From a virus (Duplodnaviria > Caudoviricetes), in IMG/VR virus record IMGVR_UViG_3300020577_010124, positions 64,001 through 128,000 of that record: a stretch of 64,000 nt of DNA; one strand, given 5' to 3'. A model generated the notes under the pieces. It had not been told where the DNA came from, searched no databases, and worked only from the letters and a program-made list of their open reading frames with translations. Positions 20,107 to 31,700 of this stretch are shown here, one piece after another. A program made the position numbers and the translations under genes. Each line of letters starts with the position of its first letter. The first letter of the stretch is position 1.

Positions 20107-21684
20107 GTGAGTGTTATTCGTTACATCCAGTCTGTACAACAAGATGAGAAAGCAAATTATGTTTTTGACAAGCTTTCAGATCTTGTTGCAGCAACAGATA
20201 CAACTAATCATGCCACGGCTTTGATTTCAGATGATAATTCTTTTACAACTTCATTAATTACAGCAACATCTCAGATTTTTTCAAATGCCTTTGAAGATGC
20301 TGATGTTATAACAAAAACTGAGGTTCGTGTTTTTTGGAAACTTCAAAAGGGAACAGAAAAGCTTGGTAGCGCAAATATCGGTGATACTAAGTTGTATGTG
20401 GGAGGAGCCGAGTGGTTTCCAAGCTTTTCTCAGAATACAAAATATAATCTAGAAACTGAAGAAGAAGACTATGTTTTAGAGAGTCTTTTTATATTTGATT
20501 CTGATAATGGACCTTCAACTGCTCTTTTGCGAGAAGCAGAAGATAGCGGTAGATTTATGAAGTTTGACTTCGATTTCTATGCCAAAGATGAAGATCAGTT
20601 TATAAAAAATACTTCTATATATGTCTATTATGTAGAATATACTATCTATTTGAATGATTTAGAATCTCAAATGGTAGTAAGATATAACAAAGATGAAATT
20701 TCTTCTGAACGAACCATTTCTTTGGGTTCTATAAGAAGAAATACTTCAAGCGCTTTTGATATTAGTCTAGAAAATACGGGTAGTAATAAACTAACTCTTG
20801 AAAGAATTTCTGCTACTACAGTAACTCTTCAAAATAATCCAACAAGCTCAGGCAATTATAGCATAGATGTTGGACAGACTTATGTTTTAGTCTTTAGCAT
20901 TCCTACTTCTACAGTTGGAAATTTTAGATCTGAAATAAGCATACAATCAGATGATCCTGGTAATGAAAGATTTAGGTTTTATGTAACATATTCAATAGAA
21001 GAAACTGCCGTAGCATCTCCTATTCTAACAGTTTTGCAAAATAGTTCTGCGATAACTAATGGTAAAGTTTTGACCATTCCTGCGGTAGTTGTATCTTCTT
21101 CATCAACTGTTGATATAACAATCAAAAATACAGGAACTACCAATTTAGCTATTAGCGGAGCTAGTATTTCAGGAGACGGAACCGTTAGCGGTCTATCAAC
21201 CTTTGGCAATAATATAAGCATAGCGCCTTCAGAAACCAAAATACTAAAACTTGTTCTAAATACATCAACCGAAGGCAACAAGATAATTTCATATGCAATA
21301 AACTCTAATGATAGCTCTCATAATCCTTTTACTTTTAGAATATCTTACATGGTTTCTAAAGCTCATGATATAAAGCTTAGAAATAATGACAGTTCTATAA
21401 AACCATCAGAAGCTATTCTTGAAAATGGAAGTACAGTAAGTGTAGGATTGATTAATGATTCATATACAAAGAGTTATACCATACAAAATGATGGAATAGC
21501 TACAGATATAATAGTCAATTCTGTTACGGCAACAGGCTCTTTGGTTGTTTCTAGTACCCCTTCTATGCCGTTTACCCTAAGAGCGTCAGCAGCAAATTCA
21601 TTAACATTTTTGATAACATTCAAAACAGAAAGTAGCGGAGATAAGACAGGCGATATAGTCATAGATTGGAGTGCGGCTTCTTGA
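20107..21684 (+). CDS. Paralog of 18494..20095: divergent head plus three choice-of-anchor D/ASH-type Ig-like domains
   Basis: ENTGSNKLTL...IQSDDPGN..F.F and IKNTGTTNLAI...INSNDSSHNPFTF. C-terminus GDIVIDW matches GGITVQW in the upstream gene. GTG start after GGAG. Confidence 0.7.
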   Translation: MSVIRYIQSVQQDEKANYVFDKLSDLVAATDTTNHATALISDDNSFTTSLITATSQIFSNAFEDADVITKTEVRVFWKLQKGTEKLGSANIGDTKLYVGGAEWFPSFSQNTKYNLETEEEDYVLESLFIFDSDNGPSTALLREAEDSGRFMKFDFDFYAKDEDQFIKNTSIYVYYVEYTIYLNDLESQMVVRYNKDEISSERTISLGSIRRNTSSAFDISLENTGSNKLTLERISATTVTLQNNPTSSGNYSIDVGQTYVLVFSIPTSTVGNFRSEISIQSDDPGNERFRFYVTYSIEETAVASPILTVLQNSSAITNGKVLTIPAVVVSSSSTVDITIKNTGTTNLAISGASISGDGTVSGLSTFGNNISIAPSETKILKLVLNTSTEGNKIISYAINSNDSSHNPFTFRISYMVSKAHDIKLRNNDSSIKPSEAILENGSTVSVGLINDSYTKSYTIQNDGIATDIIVNSVTATGSLVVSSTPSMPFTLRASAANSLTFLITFKTESSGDKTGDIVIDWSAAS

Positions 21685-23249
21685 GTCAATTAATCATTCA
21701 CTATACTTGGACAGTTCCTAATTCATTTGAATTCAATTTCACTTGGAAGATTGTAACTCCGCCACCGCCACCTTCAGTTCCCACAGTTCTTACTTCTGGA
21801 CCGCAAAACGCAATCAACCGACCAACCCTTCTTTTCCCGAATGGCAACGAAGATATTCTAACTAGAGAGATAGAGATTTCATGGCAAGAGCCGTCTCCGA
21901 CTTCTACGGATAATTTGACTATTTGGTATGAACTATACTTTACGGAAAACTACGATTATTTCAACGAGCCAGATTGGAAGATGATTGCTTCTGTTCCTGC
22001 TGGTATAAATCGTTTCCTTTGGAAAGTTGGAAACAGCATAAAGAGCAAGAACGTTCGAGTAGGCGTTAGGGCTGTAAATACAAGAGGCGAGCGTAGCGAC
22101 CTATCCATTTCTGCCGCCTCATTTGCCATTCGTAAATCCTTGCCTGTAACGCCCGCCGTAATATCTCCCGTTCCAAATCAGCGATATGGAACAAATATAC
22201 AGTTTGTCTTTGACGACAGCGCTGTACTAAATTCTTTCGCGCAAAGAGCAAAATACTACATCTACTTTAGCTCTAACAAGGCAAACGTTCCATTTACCCC
22301 AGTCGCTCAAAAGTTGCCTGTTGGTAATGGTCCTTTAGTTTGGGATACGTCTTTGCTTCCTCCTTCGGACGACTATGTTGTTACGATTTATCTAGCAGAC
22401 GACGACGGCAATAAGTCTGAAGAAGTAAATATTCGAAACCTATCCATAATACAAGAAGGCTTCTTCTTGATAGATACTAAGGCTCCAAGCGGATATGTTC
22501 AAATAAATAACGCAGATCAATTTACAAGAGACGAGAATGTTTCTGTTAGATTGTATTCCTATGACGAAACAACAGGAGTGCATTCAATGCAGTTTATTGA
22601 GTCTGACGACACCGATATTGAAGGACCGCCAGAATCATTTGCCAATGTTAAATATTGGAAACTAACTGAGAACGACGGTACTAAAACTCTAAAGGTTAGA
22701 TTTCAGGACTATGGAGCAAATAGAACTTCTCAAGAGACACAAACGTTTAGGGTCTTGTTTGAGATCAACAATGACGACATTGCGGATATTGCTCTAGATC
22801 CATCTACTCCGCCAGTTGTTTGGCTTGGTAAAAACGGAGAGTCTCCTGCTATCTATAAGTTTAGCCCAAATAACAGCTTTATAACCAATGTCAACGAGAA
22901 GATCAATGCTTTGGCCGTTTATGGAGGAGTGCTTTATATCTCTGCCCAAACGTCTGATTCAACAGCCTTAATATATCGCTGGACAGGATTTGTTCTTGAA
23001 GAAGCAATAAGCTTCAGCGATATTGATTCAGAAGTTATTTCTATGTGTTCATTTAGAGATAAGCTGTATTTTGGATTGAAGAACGGTAACTTGTTTAGCT
23101 ATGATGGAAGTTCTTCTACTATAGTCAAGGTGTTTGCATCTCCAATTCAAAAACTATATTCCGATAATTCCTTGTTATATGTTGTACTTCGCAATAGTAA
23201 AACTATGACGGTCTATGACGGACAAAACTTCTCTGAGGTTGTAGTATGA
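21681..23249 (+). CDS. Virion protein with FN3/Ig-like domains and C-terminal beta-propeller blades
   Basis: Likely start is TTG at 21681 (TTGA overlap with the upstream stop, GGAG at 21668). FN3 features ISWQEP...WYELY...VRAVNTRGERSD; DTKAPSGYVQINN motif; blades INALAVYGGVLY and SFRDKLYFGLKNG. Confidence 0.6.
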   Translation: MSQLIIHYTWTVPNSFEFNFTWKIVTPPPPPSVPTVLTSGPQNAINRPTLLFPNGNEDILTREIEISWQEPSPTSTDNLTIWYELYFTENYDYFNEPDWKMIASVPAGINRFLWKVGNSIKSKNVRVGVRAVNTRGERSDLSISAASFAIRKSLPVTPAVISPVPNQRYGTNIQFVFDDSAVLNSFAQRAKYYIYFSSNKANVPFTPVAQKLPVGNGPLVWDTSLLPPSDDYVVTIYLADDDGNKSEEVNIRNLSIIQEGFFLIDTKAPSGYVQINNADQFTRDENVSVRLYSYDETTGVHSMQFIESDDTDIEGPPESFANVKYWKLTENDGTKTLKVRFQDYGANRTSQETQTFRVLFEINNDDIADIALDPSTPPVVWLGKNGESPAIYKFSPNNSFITNVNEKINALAVYGGVLYISAQTSDSTALIYRWTGFVLEEAISFSDIDSEVISMCSFRDKLYFGLKNGNLFSYDGSSSTIVKVFASPIQKLYSDNSLLYVVLRNSKTMTVYDGQNFSEVVV

Positions 23250-24655
23250 GTTCAATTGACAAAGTATCAATAAAAGGAACCTATCCTGTTACGTCAACGG
23301 TAGCTCCTTCATATACGGCTTCGGATACGAGCGCTTTTCGCGTTCAGTTTTTCAAGGATATCAATTCAGCAAATCCATTTTCTTCTGCCAAGTTTGGAGT
23401 TATTCTTGCTGAAGGTATAAAGATCTTTGTTGGCGTGTTTACTAGCGATAACGGAATGGATACTACTTTTATCCAAATACCGCTTATAGGGCAGAGTATT
23501 AATGATTTGGTTTCTAAGCTAAATAATTATGCAGATGTTATTGCAGAGACTACAAACTCAAGCAACTTCATTTCAACTGATTCGATAAATCAAACCGCCC
23601 TTGGAGACGGTTCAAATAAGTGGTTGTATTTTGAAGTTCCAAGTATTGAAGTAAACTCAACGTACTCTACATTGAATCGAGATCTTAGATTTTTCCTTAC
23701 AACTCCTCAGCCTATTTCTGCGCAAAACAATATTTTGCAATCCCTGGGCGGATTTGTTAGTCAAAGCGAAATCTATAGCTCGGCGCTCTTGGCTTCATCA
23801 TTGTCAGTATATGATACTACCTTGTATATCAATCCTGATAGTTTTAGTTCTTCTTTGTCTGTAAATGATTTGAATAAAAGTCCGTTTTTGCAAATCAACG
23901 ACGAAATAGTACAGGTCAATAGATGGGAAGAGTTTAGCGTGTATCTAACCCAAAGAAATATGTTTGATACTCCTCTTAGATATCATCCTAAAAACTCAGT
24001 GGTTAGAGAGTTGGCAAAGAATGACTTCTTTGATAGAAACCTAAGCGAAGACGGGGAGCAATATCGCTGCCTAGCTATAAAGAATACCAACTTGACAGAA
24101 ATAGCGAAAGATTTGAAGGTCTTTTTCAAACTTCCTAGTAGAAATAACCTATCCTCAATGAAGCTTGCTATTGAGCTTCCAAAAAGTGATTATTATAGCG
24201 ATACGGTAACTTCAGGAGGTTTTACAGCCTTCACTGTAACGTCATTGATTAACAAATTTCCGAATGATTATTTTGTAACTTCTCCAATTGTTTTTACTTC
24301 TGGTCCAAATGCGGGTCAGGTTAGAATCGTAAAATCATATATAGCAAATAGCGGAACTATTATTGTGGATAGTAGACTTCCAAACTCAGTATCTACGGGA
24401 AACGAATTTTACATTGATACGGCTCCTGCTCAAAGAATAAAGTCAGGCACGAAAGTTCCAACTGGATTGCAATTTTATGACGCAAGCAATGAGGCCTCAG
24501 CCGTGTCAATAAATGTATCAAACACAAGAATTAGTGGAAATAATCTAAAACCACAAGAAACTATTTATGTTTGGATAAAGCGGTCAATATCAGAAACGAA
24601 TGATGAATTTTCTAACAATAGGTCCATGCTAAGTTTGATATACAGTAAAGTCTAA
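23246..24655 (+). CDS. Phage virion/baseplate-associated protein
   Basis: QSLGGFVS...NDFFD...EQYRCLAIKN...L.P...YVWIKR and FTSGPNAGQVRIV resemble patterns I recall from phage structural proteins. ATGA overlap. Confidence 0.5.
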   Translation: MSSIDKVSIKGTYPVTSTVAPSYTASDTSAFRVQFFKDINSANPFSSAKFGVILAEGIKIFVGVFTSDNGMDTTFIQIPLIGQSINDLVSKLNNYADVIAETTNSSNFISTDSINQTALGDGSNKWLYFEVPSIEVNSTYSTLNRDLRFFLTTPQPISAQNNILQSLGGFVSQSEIYSSALLASSLSVYDTTLYINPDSFSSSLSVNDLNKSPFLQINDEIVQVNRWEEFSVYLTQRNMFDTPLRYHPKNSVVRELAKNDFFDRNLSEDGEQYRCLAIKNTNLTEIAKDLKVFFKLPSRNNLSSMKLAIELPKSDYYSDTVTSGGFTAFTVTSLINKFPNDYFVTSPIVFTSGPNAGQVRIVKSYIANSGTIIVDSRLPNSVSTGNEFYIDTAPAQRIKSGTKVPTGLQFYDASNEASAVSINVSNTRISGNNLKPQETIYVWIKRSISETNDEFSNNRSMLSLIYSKV

Positions 24656-24657
24656 CA

Positions 24658-25728
24658 ATGCAACAAGTATCCATAAATATAGATCTATCTAGTTATGTCA
24701 AAAATGTTATAAACACTAAAGTAAAGTTGTTTATGAAGTTTGAGGGGCTGCCAATCATTGACGAGATTAGCGGTCAAGCTGTGCAGATACTTAACGATCA
24801 GCCTCCTTTTATTGAAGAAGCCATCTTTGGTAATGGTCTTAGAATGAGGCCTAGATCCACTATATCTGTTCCGTTGTTGTTTGATAATCCTGCGGAGTTC
24901 TCTATTGGATTTTGGCTTCATCCAGCTTGGATTTCTCCGACTATTAGCCCGCTAACTAATCTTCCAGTTTACTACAGAATGAGTCTAATGGATAAGTCTT
25001 CTTATCTTTACACAAGTGCAACTGGATTTATTGGTGCAACAGATACAACCTTTAGCATATATGAAGAGTCTATAGAGAACAAGTTTAACATTTTGAAAGT
25101 TCTTCTACAAGCTACAGACGGCACTCAGATAACGGTAAAAACTGAAGCATACACAACCGAAAAACCTCATCATTTTTGGATATCTTATTATGGACCAACC
25201 AGAAAACTAGATATTTTCATTGATGGTAGTCCAGTTCAAGTATTTTCTGAGGACGGATTAAGTATCCCTCAATCGCTCAATAACTCTCCTTCGGTTCCTT
25301 TTAGAATCAACTCTTCTGCCGTTGGGTATGGATCTTTGGTTAGAAATAACTTCGGACTATTGGACGAGGTAGTTCTAATCAATCAAGCTATCTCAGATTC
25401 TTCTGTTATAGCTAGAGTTATCAACCTAGGCGTAGAATATGCCATAGATCAATCCCTTAGCTATAAAGAGATTGTATCCAATGCATTTGCCTTTGACGAT
25501 CCAACCGCATTAGGCGTAACGTCGGTTATGAGTAATGGTAAAAACTTCTATGCAGGTCGAAATGACGGCGCAGTATTTAGGGGCGACAGAACGATGTGGC
25601 AAGTTAGAAGGGATTTTGCGAGCGAGGATGAAATCAAGTTTATCAAAAAGAATACCTTTTCTGCCGATTCTTCTATTACAGTAGAGAATGGTTCGCTGAA
25701 ACTATATAAAGCATCGGTTAGGATATAA
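24658..25728 (+). CDS. LamG/concanavalin A-like lectin-fold virion protein
   Basis: FGNGL...FSIGFWL...HHFWISY...LDIFIDG...FGLLDEVVL. Confidence 0.7.
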   Translation: MQQVSINIDLSSYVKNVINTKVKLFMKFEGLPIIDEISGQAVQILNDQPPFIEEAIFGNGLRMRPRSTISVPLLFDNPAEFSIGFWLHPAWISPTISPLTNLPVYYRMSLMDKSSYLYTSATGFIGATDTTFSIYEESIENKFNILKVLLQATDGTQITVKTEAYTTEKPHHFWISYYGPTRKLDIFIDGSPVQVFSEDGLSIPQSLNNSPSVPFRINSSAVGYGSLVRNNFGLLDEVVLINQAISDSSVIARVINLGVEYAIDQSLSYKEIVSNAFAFDDPTALGVTSVMSNGKNFYAGRNDGAVFRGDRTMWQVRRDFASEDEIKFIKKNTFSADSSITVENGSLKLYKASVRI

Positions 25729-28700
25729 ATGGCTATTACCATCACAAAAGTTAGAGTAAATAACAAAGTCGCCGACTCAGGCGGTGCTGTTACTGTTCCA
25801 TTTGATTCACCAATCATAACATGGGATATCAATACAACTTCTCCTGCGATCAAGCAGCTTTCTTATGAAATAAGAATAGCTAAAAATACTGTCAACTGGG
25901 GAACAGCCTCTTTTATCTCAGACGTTATTCGTCAGCCCTATGCCCGAGATAGAGCGCAATATTGGCGCGTAAAGAACAAACTTATTCAAAGAGGTCAGAT
26001 TTATTACGGGCAGATTCGAGCTAAAGACACCACGGGCGAAGAAAGCGAATGGGTTCAGTTTAGCTTTATGGTCAATAGACTTCCGTTTATTACTTCAATA
26101 AGCATATCTCCTAATCAACCCTCTGAAACAACAGATCTTGAATTGAATGTAGGCGCAAGCTCTGAAGAAGCTTCGATTAGAATAAAGTGGTTCCGTAATG
26201 GAGTCCATTTTACGCAGTTCGATAACTACCAAAAAATCTCAAGAGAATATCTGAGATACGGAGACGTTTGGTATGCAGACGCAACTCCTGACGACGGAAT
26301 TGAACTTGGTCCAACCGTAACAGCAAGAGCCGTTACTATTTCCAAGCTAGCTCCTGTTGCAGATAGTTTGCAGGTATTGCCTCTAAATCCTAATGTCAAT
26401 GATATTCTAGAAGCAAGTTATCTTATCAATGATCCAAATACAGGAACTATTCTTCTTGAAGATAAAAGTCTTATTAAGTGGTACATCAATAACGAAATCA
26501 TAACTCAGGCTAATAATGAGAAGTTTGTTCGTTTTGCTCTAAAGCCTAATGACCAAGTGTATTTCACTATTACTCCTAGCGACGGGATATTCGTTGGTAA
26601 TACAATAGCTTCTAGAACAGTAACTATACAAGAAGCTGGTTTCCGAACCGTCAATGTAAGAGTTGATGGTCTTACCGAAAACCTAAGCGTTAATGGCGTA
26701 AATCCAACGATTGAGTGGGACGTTATTCAGCCATTTAATAAGAGCAGCCGATACGCTAAGATTTCCGTAGGTACAGCCCCAGGTTCAAACAATAGCTTTG
26801 AAACCATTACCGAAACATTTGATAACAAGTTTACTATACCTAACAACGTTGTTAGAAGAGGAACTGATTACTATGTTTCTGTTGCCTCAAGCGACAGTCA
26901 AGATGTTTTCAATAATCCTGAAACAAGTCGTTTCCGAGTGGCTGGAAATCTTTGGGAAAAAGAAGTAAGTAATAGCAAGGGTTGGACGGTTGAGTTTTCT
27001 CTGAGCGTCCAAGGAGAAACGGGATATCAACGCTTCTCCATCGCTGACGGTACCGCATTTGCGGAGATTCGCTTCTATACTAATAAAGTTCAGTTGTTGC
27101 TAGGCAAAAGCAATATAAAGACCTTTGATCTAGATATGACTGTCCCTCACAATATTATCGTTGTAGGAAAGAACAGCGATATTCGAGTGTTTGCAGAAAA
27201 CTCTTTGATTCTTGATGGTTCAACATTCTTTACAGAAAGCGCTACAGATAGATTCATTGAAATAGGATCGAATGCTGATTCAACTGTTACAGGATTCGTA
27301 AAGAGAATTGTCTATAATGTTGATTCAGATTATCCGCCTGGGTCTTCTGCATATTCAAACATAAGACTAGAAAAGTTTGTAGATTTGGTAGGCCTTGGCG
27401 TATCAGATATAGCAGAGCATGAAGGAAATGTTCTTGTCGCTGCTAATCCACTGAATCCTTCCGAAAGCGGTCAGATATTCAAGATAGTAGAAACGGAACG
27501 TCCTGTTATTGCTTCAACAGAAAATGTTGATTCATTTGGGTTGAAAATCAATAATCTTTCTGTTTCGCCAGACGAGAAAATCCTATACATTGGTCATACT
27601 AAAGGCGCTAGTTCTTTTGAGAACTATTTTATACCCAAGTATGATAACAAATCTTTGTTCACGGTAGGCTTTGATCCAAAGCTCGATCTATGGGAGTTGG
27701 TCAAGACAACTCCATTCAATGCGACAAGCTACATAAGCGAAGGGCTTGTTATTGATACTACCATTGCTAATAGACAAACATCAGATTTTAGCAACATTGC
27801 AGTTGTTACTTCAACGGTAGCAGCAATCAATTTTATATCTCTGTATGATTCGATATTTAGCTATGATTTTGATATTGAAATAACCAGTAGCGATGTTCTA
27901 AATATTTATCTCAAGGATACAGAGACTAAGGCATATTCCACAAGTCTTAAGAGCAAAAGTCTAAACCAAGTTGTTGAAGAACTTCAGTCGCTTACTGAAT
28001 CAGATAACTATTTCTTCGCTTTGTTTTATGATATATTCGTTGTTAACAATGTTGGCACGCAAGCAGCAGACAGATTGAACGATGTCTCTAAGAGAGGTTT
28101 GTTTCCAAGTCAAGAGTTGAAGGGTTTGTATGAGATTACTGATCCATATAATCCAAATCCATACGGAACTCTTTCTACTGGAAAGTGGTTCTATTCTCAT
28201 AGAAAGAATGGAACGCCGTGGTTTGAGCGAGTAGATAACGATAAAGGTTGGACAGTCGATTTTGATTTCCGTATTGACACGATTGAGGATAGCGACACTC
28301 CTGCGAATACAGACCGACCAAAAGGCTTGGGCCTTTATGTCAACGATGGTAAATGCGCAGAGAATCTTTGGTTCTTGCCTCAAGAGATTATGTTTGAAAG
28401 TTCAAACAAGTCATTTGTTTACGATACGACTTCTTTGACTAGCTATAGACTTATTGGAAAAAAGAACAAAGTAAGATTGTATGGTAAGAAATCTACAGAC
28501 AAGGCATATAATCTAATTGCTGAATCTCCAATATCAAGCGATGCAACGAATCAAGGAAACGCAGGCAGACCTTCGGTTGCTGTTGATTCAGATAACAACC
28601 TTCATGCTGTTTGGCATGACGACGGAAGAGGGAGAAATAGACGGCAAATCTATTATTCTAAGCATGATTCAGTAAACGGCTGGTCGCAACCAGAACTAAT

Positions 28701-31700
28701 AGTTTCTGACGAGTTTAGCGCCGCAAATCCTGATATCGCTATAAACTCTCTTAATCAGATTTGCGTTGTATATGAAACAACTCGCTCTGATTATACAGAT
28801 ATTTCTGTTATCACTAAGAATTCTGAGGGATGGTCTGAGCCTTATTTGCTGACATCTAATCTATATGATTCCTTTAATCCTAAAGTAACTATTGACTTTA
28901 GAAATAATACACATGTTATTTGGGAAGATTATAGAATTGATCAGCCTCAGATTTATTACTGTCGTCGCAATGCGGCTAACGGTCAATGGGAGAGCGCTGT
29001 ATTCGGCGGTTCTGATACTCAAATAACTTCAGAACCAGTTGGAGCAAAGCGACCTTCTATAACTACTCAAAACATGAACGTCTATGTTTCTTGGACTGCG
29101 TTCAAGCAAGACGGTTCAACGTCTATAAAGATGGCAATGTATGACGGTGGACAAAAAGCATGGAACTCTAGCGGCCAAGGCGGAATTGATTTTGACGTTT
29201 CAGGACTCAACTCGAATCGAGCAGATAACTCAGACATCATTATTGATCTTAAGGGTCAAGTAGTTGTTGTATGGAACGACATTGTTGGATTCAACTATCA
29301 GCTATTCAGCAGATTCGTAAACTCAAGACTGGTATTTGCTAGCAAGGTTCTACAGCTAACGACAGGTACGTTTGATTCTCGCCATGCTCGTTGCGGTTTG
29401 AATAGTTTGACTGGCGATATTTATGTTGTATTTGAAAAAGAGCAAGAAAAAATCATATCAACATATGATCCTTATTTTGTTCGAGAAAGCGATGTTGGCT
29501 TTAAGAGTCCGTCTGTCTACCTATTGAAATGGGACGCTCATAGACAAGTTTGGGAAAGTAGTAATCAAGACCGTCCAGGCAATATGTCTTTTAGCTTTGA
29601 CGTTGAGTTTGATTTTGGATTGCCTCGACAATCTTATAGACCAGTTATTTCGGATAAGTTTAGCGGTCCTCTTCATATATTGTTTGAAAGCTCCGTTGTA
29701 AGCCCTCAACAACAAGTAATCCTAAGCAAAGATGTATTTACTCAAATACGAGATATTGTTTATGATCTTGTTTTTGAACCAGTTTATAATGTTGCAAGTC
29801 ATACCACCTATGAAGACGGAGAGCTTTCTCTCGATGGTGGTTTGAGCAGAAAAGAAATACGCTTTGGAGACTTTTCAGATAATCTTTCGTGCAGAATGGT
29901 CATAGGAAGTCTAAGCTATTATCTTTCAGACGCAGTTGATCCATTCTACATAAATCTTGTTTCGTCTGCTACAACTAATATGCCAAATACGGAAGTCTTT
30001 GCTGTTGCATCAAATAACAACGGAGACGCTTGGCTAGGTACTCAGTTGGGACTGTTCTTTTATCAGAAAGAAAGTAATCAAGCATACTTGCTTGACTCCG
30101 ATCTTTACAACATAAAGGACATAGCCGTTTATGATATTTCTTTTGGCAACAAAGGCAATATGTACTTGGCTACTTCAAATGGGTTGTATGCAAGCTCTGA
30201 TCATACTTATTTCTTTAGGCTAACAGGCAACCTTCCGTCTAATCCTAAGTCAATAGATTTTGATAGCAACAACCAGCTATTTGTCGCAGCTAGCGACGGA
30301 CTTTACATTATAGACGTAAATTCCATTTCTAATAGACTAATCGTTACTAAAGAAATCGTTTCAAACACTGATCGAACTATCGCTATACCTGCTGGGGATA
30401 TCAAGAAGATAACTACAAATGAAGGTCTTCCAAGTAATACCACAAACGTAGTAAAAGTAGACGCAAACAACGTTGCTTGGGTTGGAACCGACAACGGGCT
30501 TGTTCGATATGGCTCGGGAGAAGTTAGCGTTTTCAACACCAAGAATGGTTTGAACTCTAATAAGGTTAATGATATAGCCATTAGAAATACAGCCATACGT
30601 TATATTGCTACTACGGCTGGTATAAACAAGATGACGGGCGTTTCTGTTTCTCCGCTTAATTTTGATAATGCAAACTCGCCACCAGCTTCTATAAATCAAG
30701 TTGGAACAGGCGATATTTTGATACCTGTCTTCAACAATACTAGAGCTATAAGATGGAAAGACCCAAATATTCTTTGGGTAGCATCTAACTATAACCTTTA
30801 TCAGATAACTTTCGTTGAAGAAGGTTTCACGACAGAGAAGACTGAGATCACTAAGTTCTCAAGCGGAGACTATACTCTAAGTCCTGTTGTTACAGAAAGA
30901 AATGATGATCTAAGAACTTTCCGATTGATTGGTTTGGAAAACAGAACTATCCCAAGAAATGCTTTGTTTGAAGTTTCAATTAATGGAAACAAGATTACAA
31001 GGGGATATAGATTCTCTCCTGATAAGCAGCTTATACGCTTTGACTACCCTCTTTCAGAATCAGACATTGTAAAAATCAATGTTCGTTTTGATATTGAGCG
31101 ACTTGGAGACTTTGCTCAGAATAAGGCTCAAAAAATCGCTATTGGCAATAAGACAACAACGATTGATAAGCTTATATCTGCAAGCGGAAGCATTTATGCT
31201 CTCACAGGTGGAGATATCAATACTCTTCAGATAAACGACGAAACAACAGATCTTCCATTCGATAGAATCATCCTCGACAAGACTCCGCCAAGAGGCAAAA
31301 TTCATATTGGAAACCGTAGAGAAAGAACAACCTTCGAGGTTACTGTTACTCCTCTAGAGGATGATCCTTATGGAGTGTTTGACGACACTTCTGGAATAGA
31401 TAAGATGTTCGTTTCTAATTTTACGAACTTCACAAGCGACGGAGAAACGCCGCTTGAGCCTATGGTCTTTACAAGATTCTTGCTTCATAACATAGGCGAT
31501 ATTTTTGATACTGTAACTAAGCAATATCAGTTCACTAGCGGAATCGGTAGAAGATTGTTGCAGTATGAGCCAGTCGGAGGAGATCCAGTTATGATAGCTG
31601 GAACTGCTCAGCCTGCAAATATGTACAAGTTCAATCCTATAACTCAAGTTTGGGAAAAGATTGATACTCTAGACGTAATAGGCGGAGTTGCAAACCCTAA

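Noticed and set aside
21666-21680. Track starts at TTG 21666 and TTG 57030
   Set aside because: TTG 21681 (TTGA overlap with GGAG upstream) and ATG 57111 (typical GT4 N-terminus just after the upstream stop) fit better.
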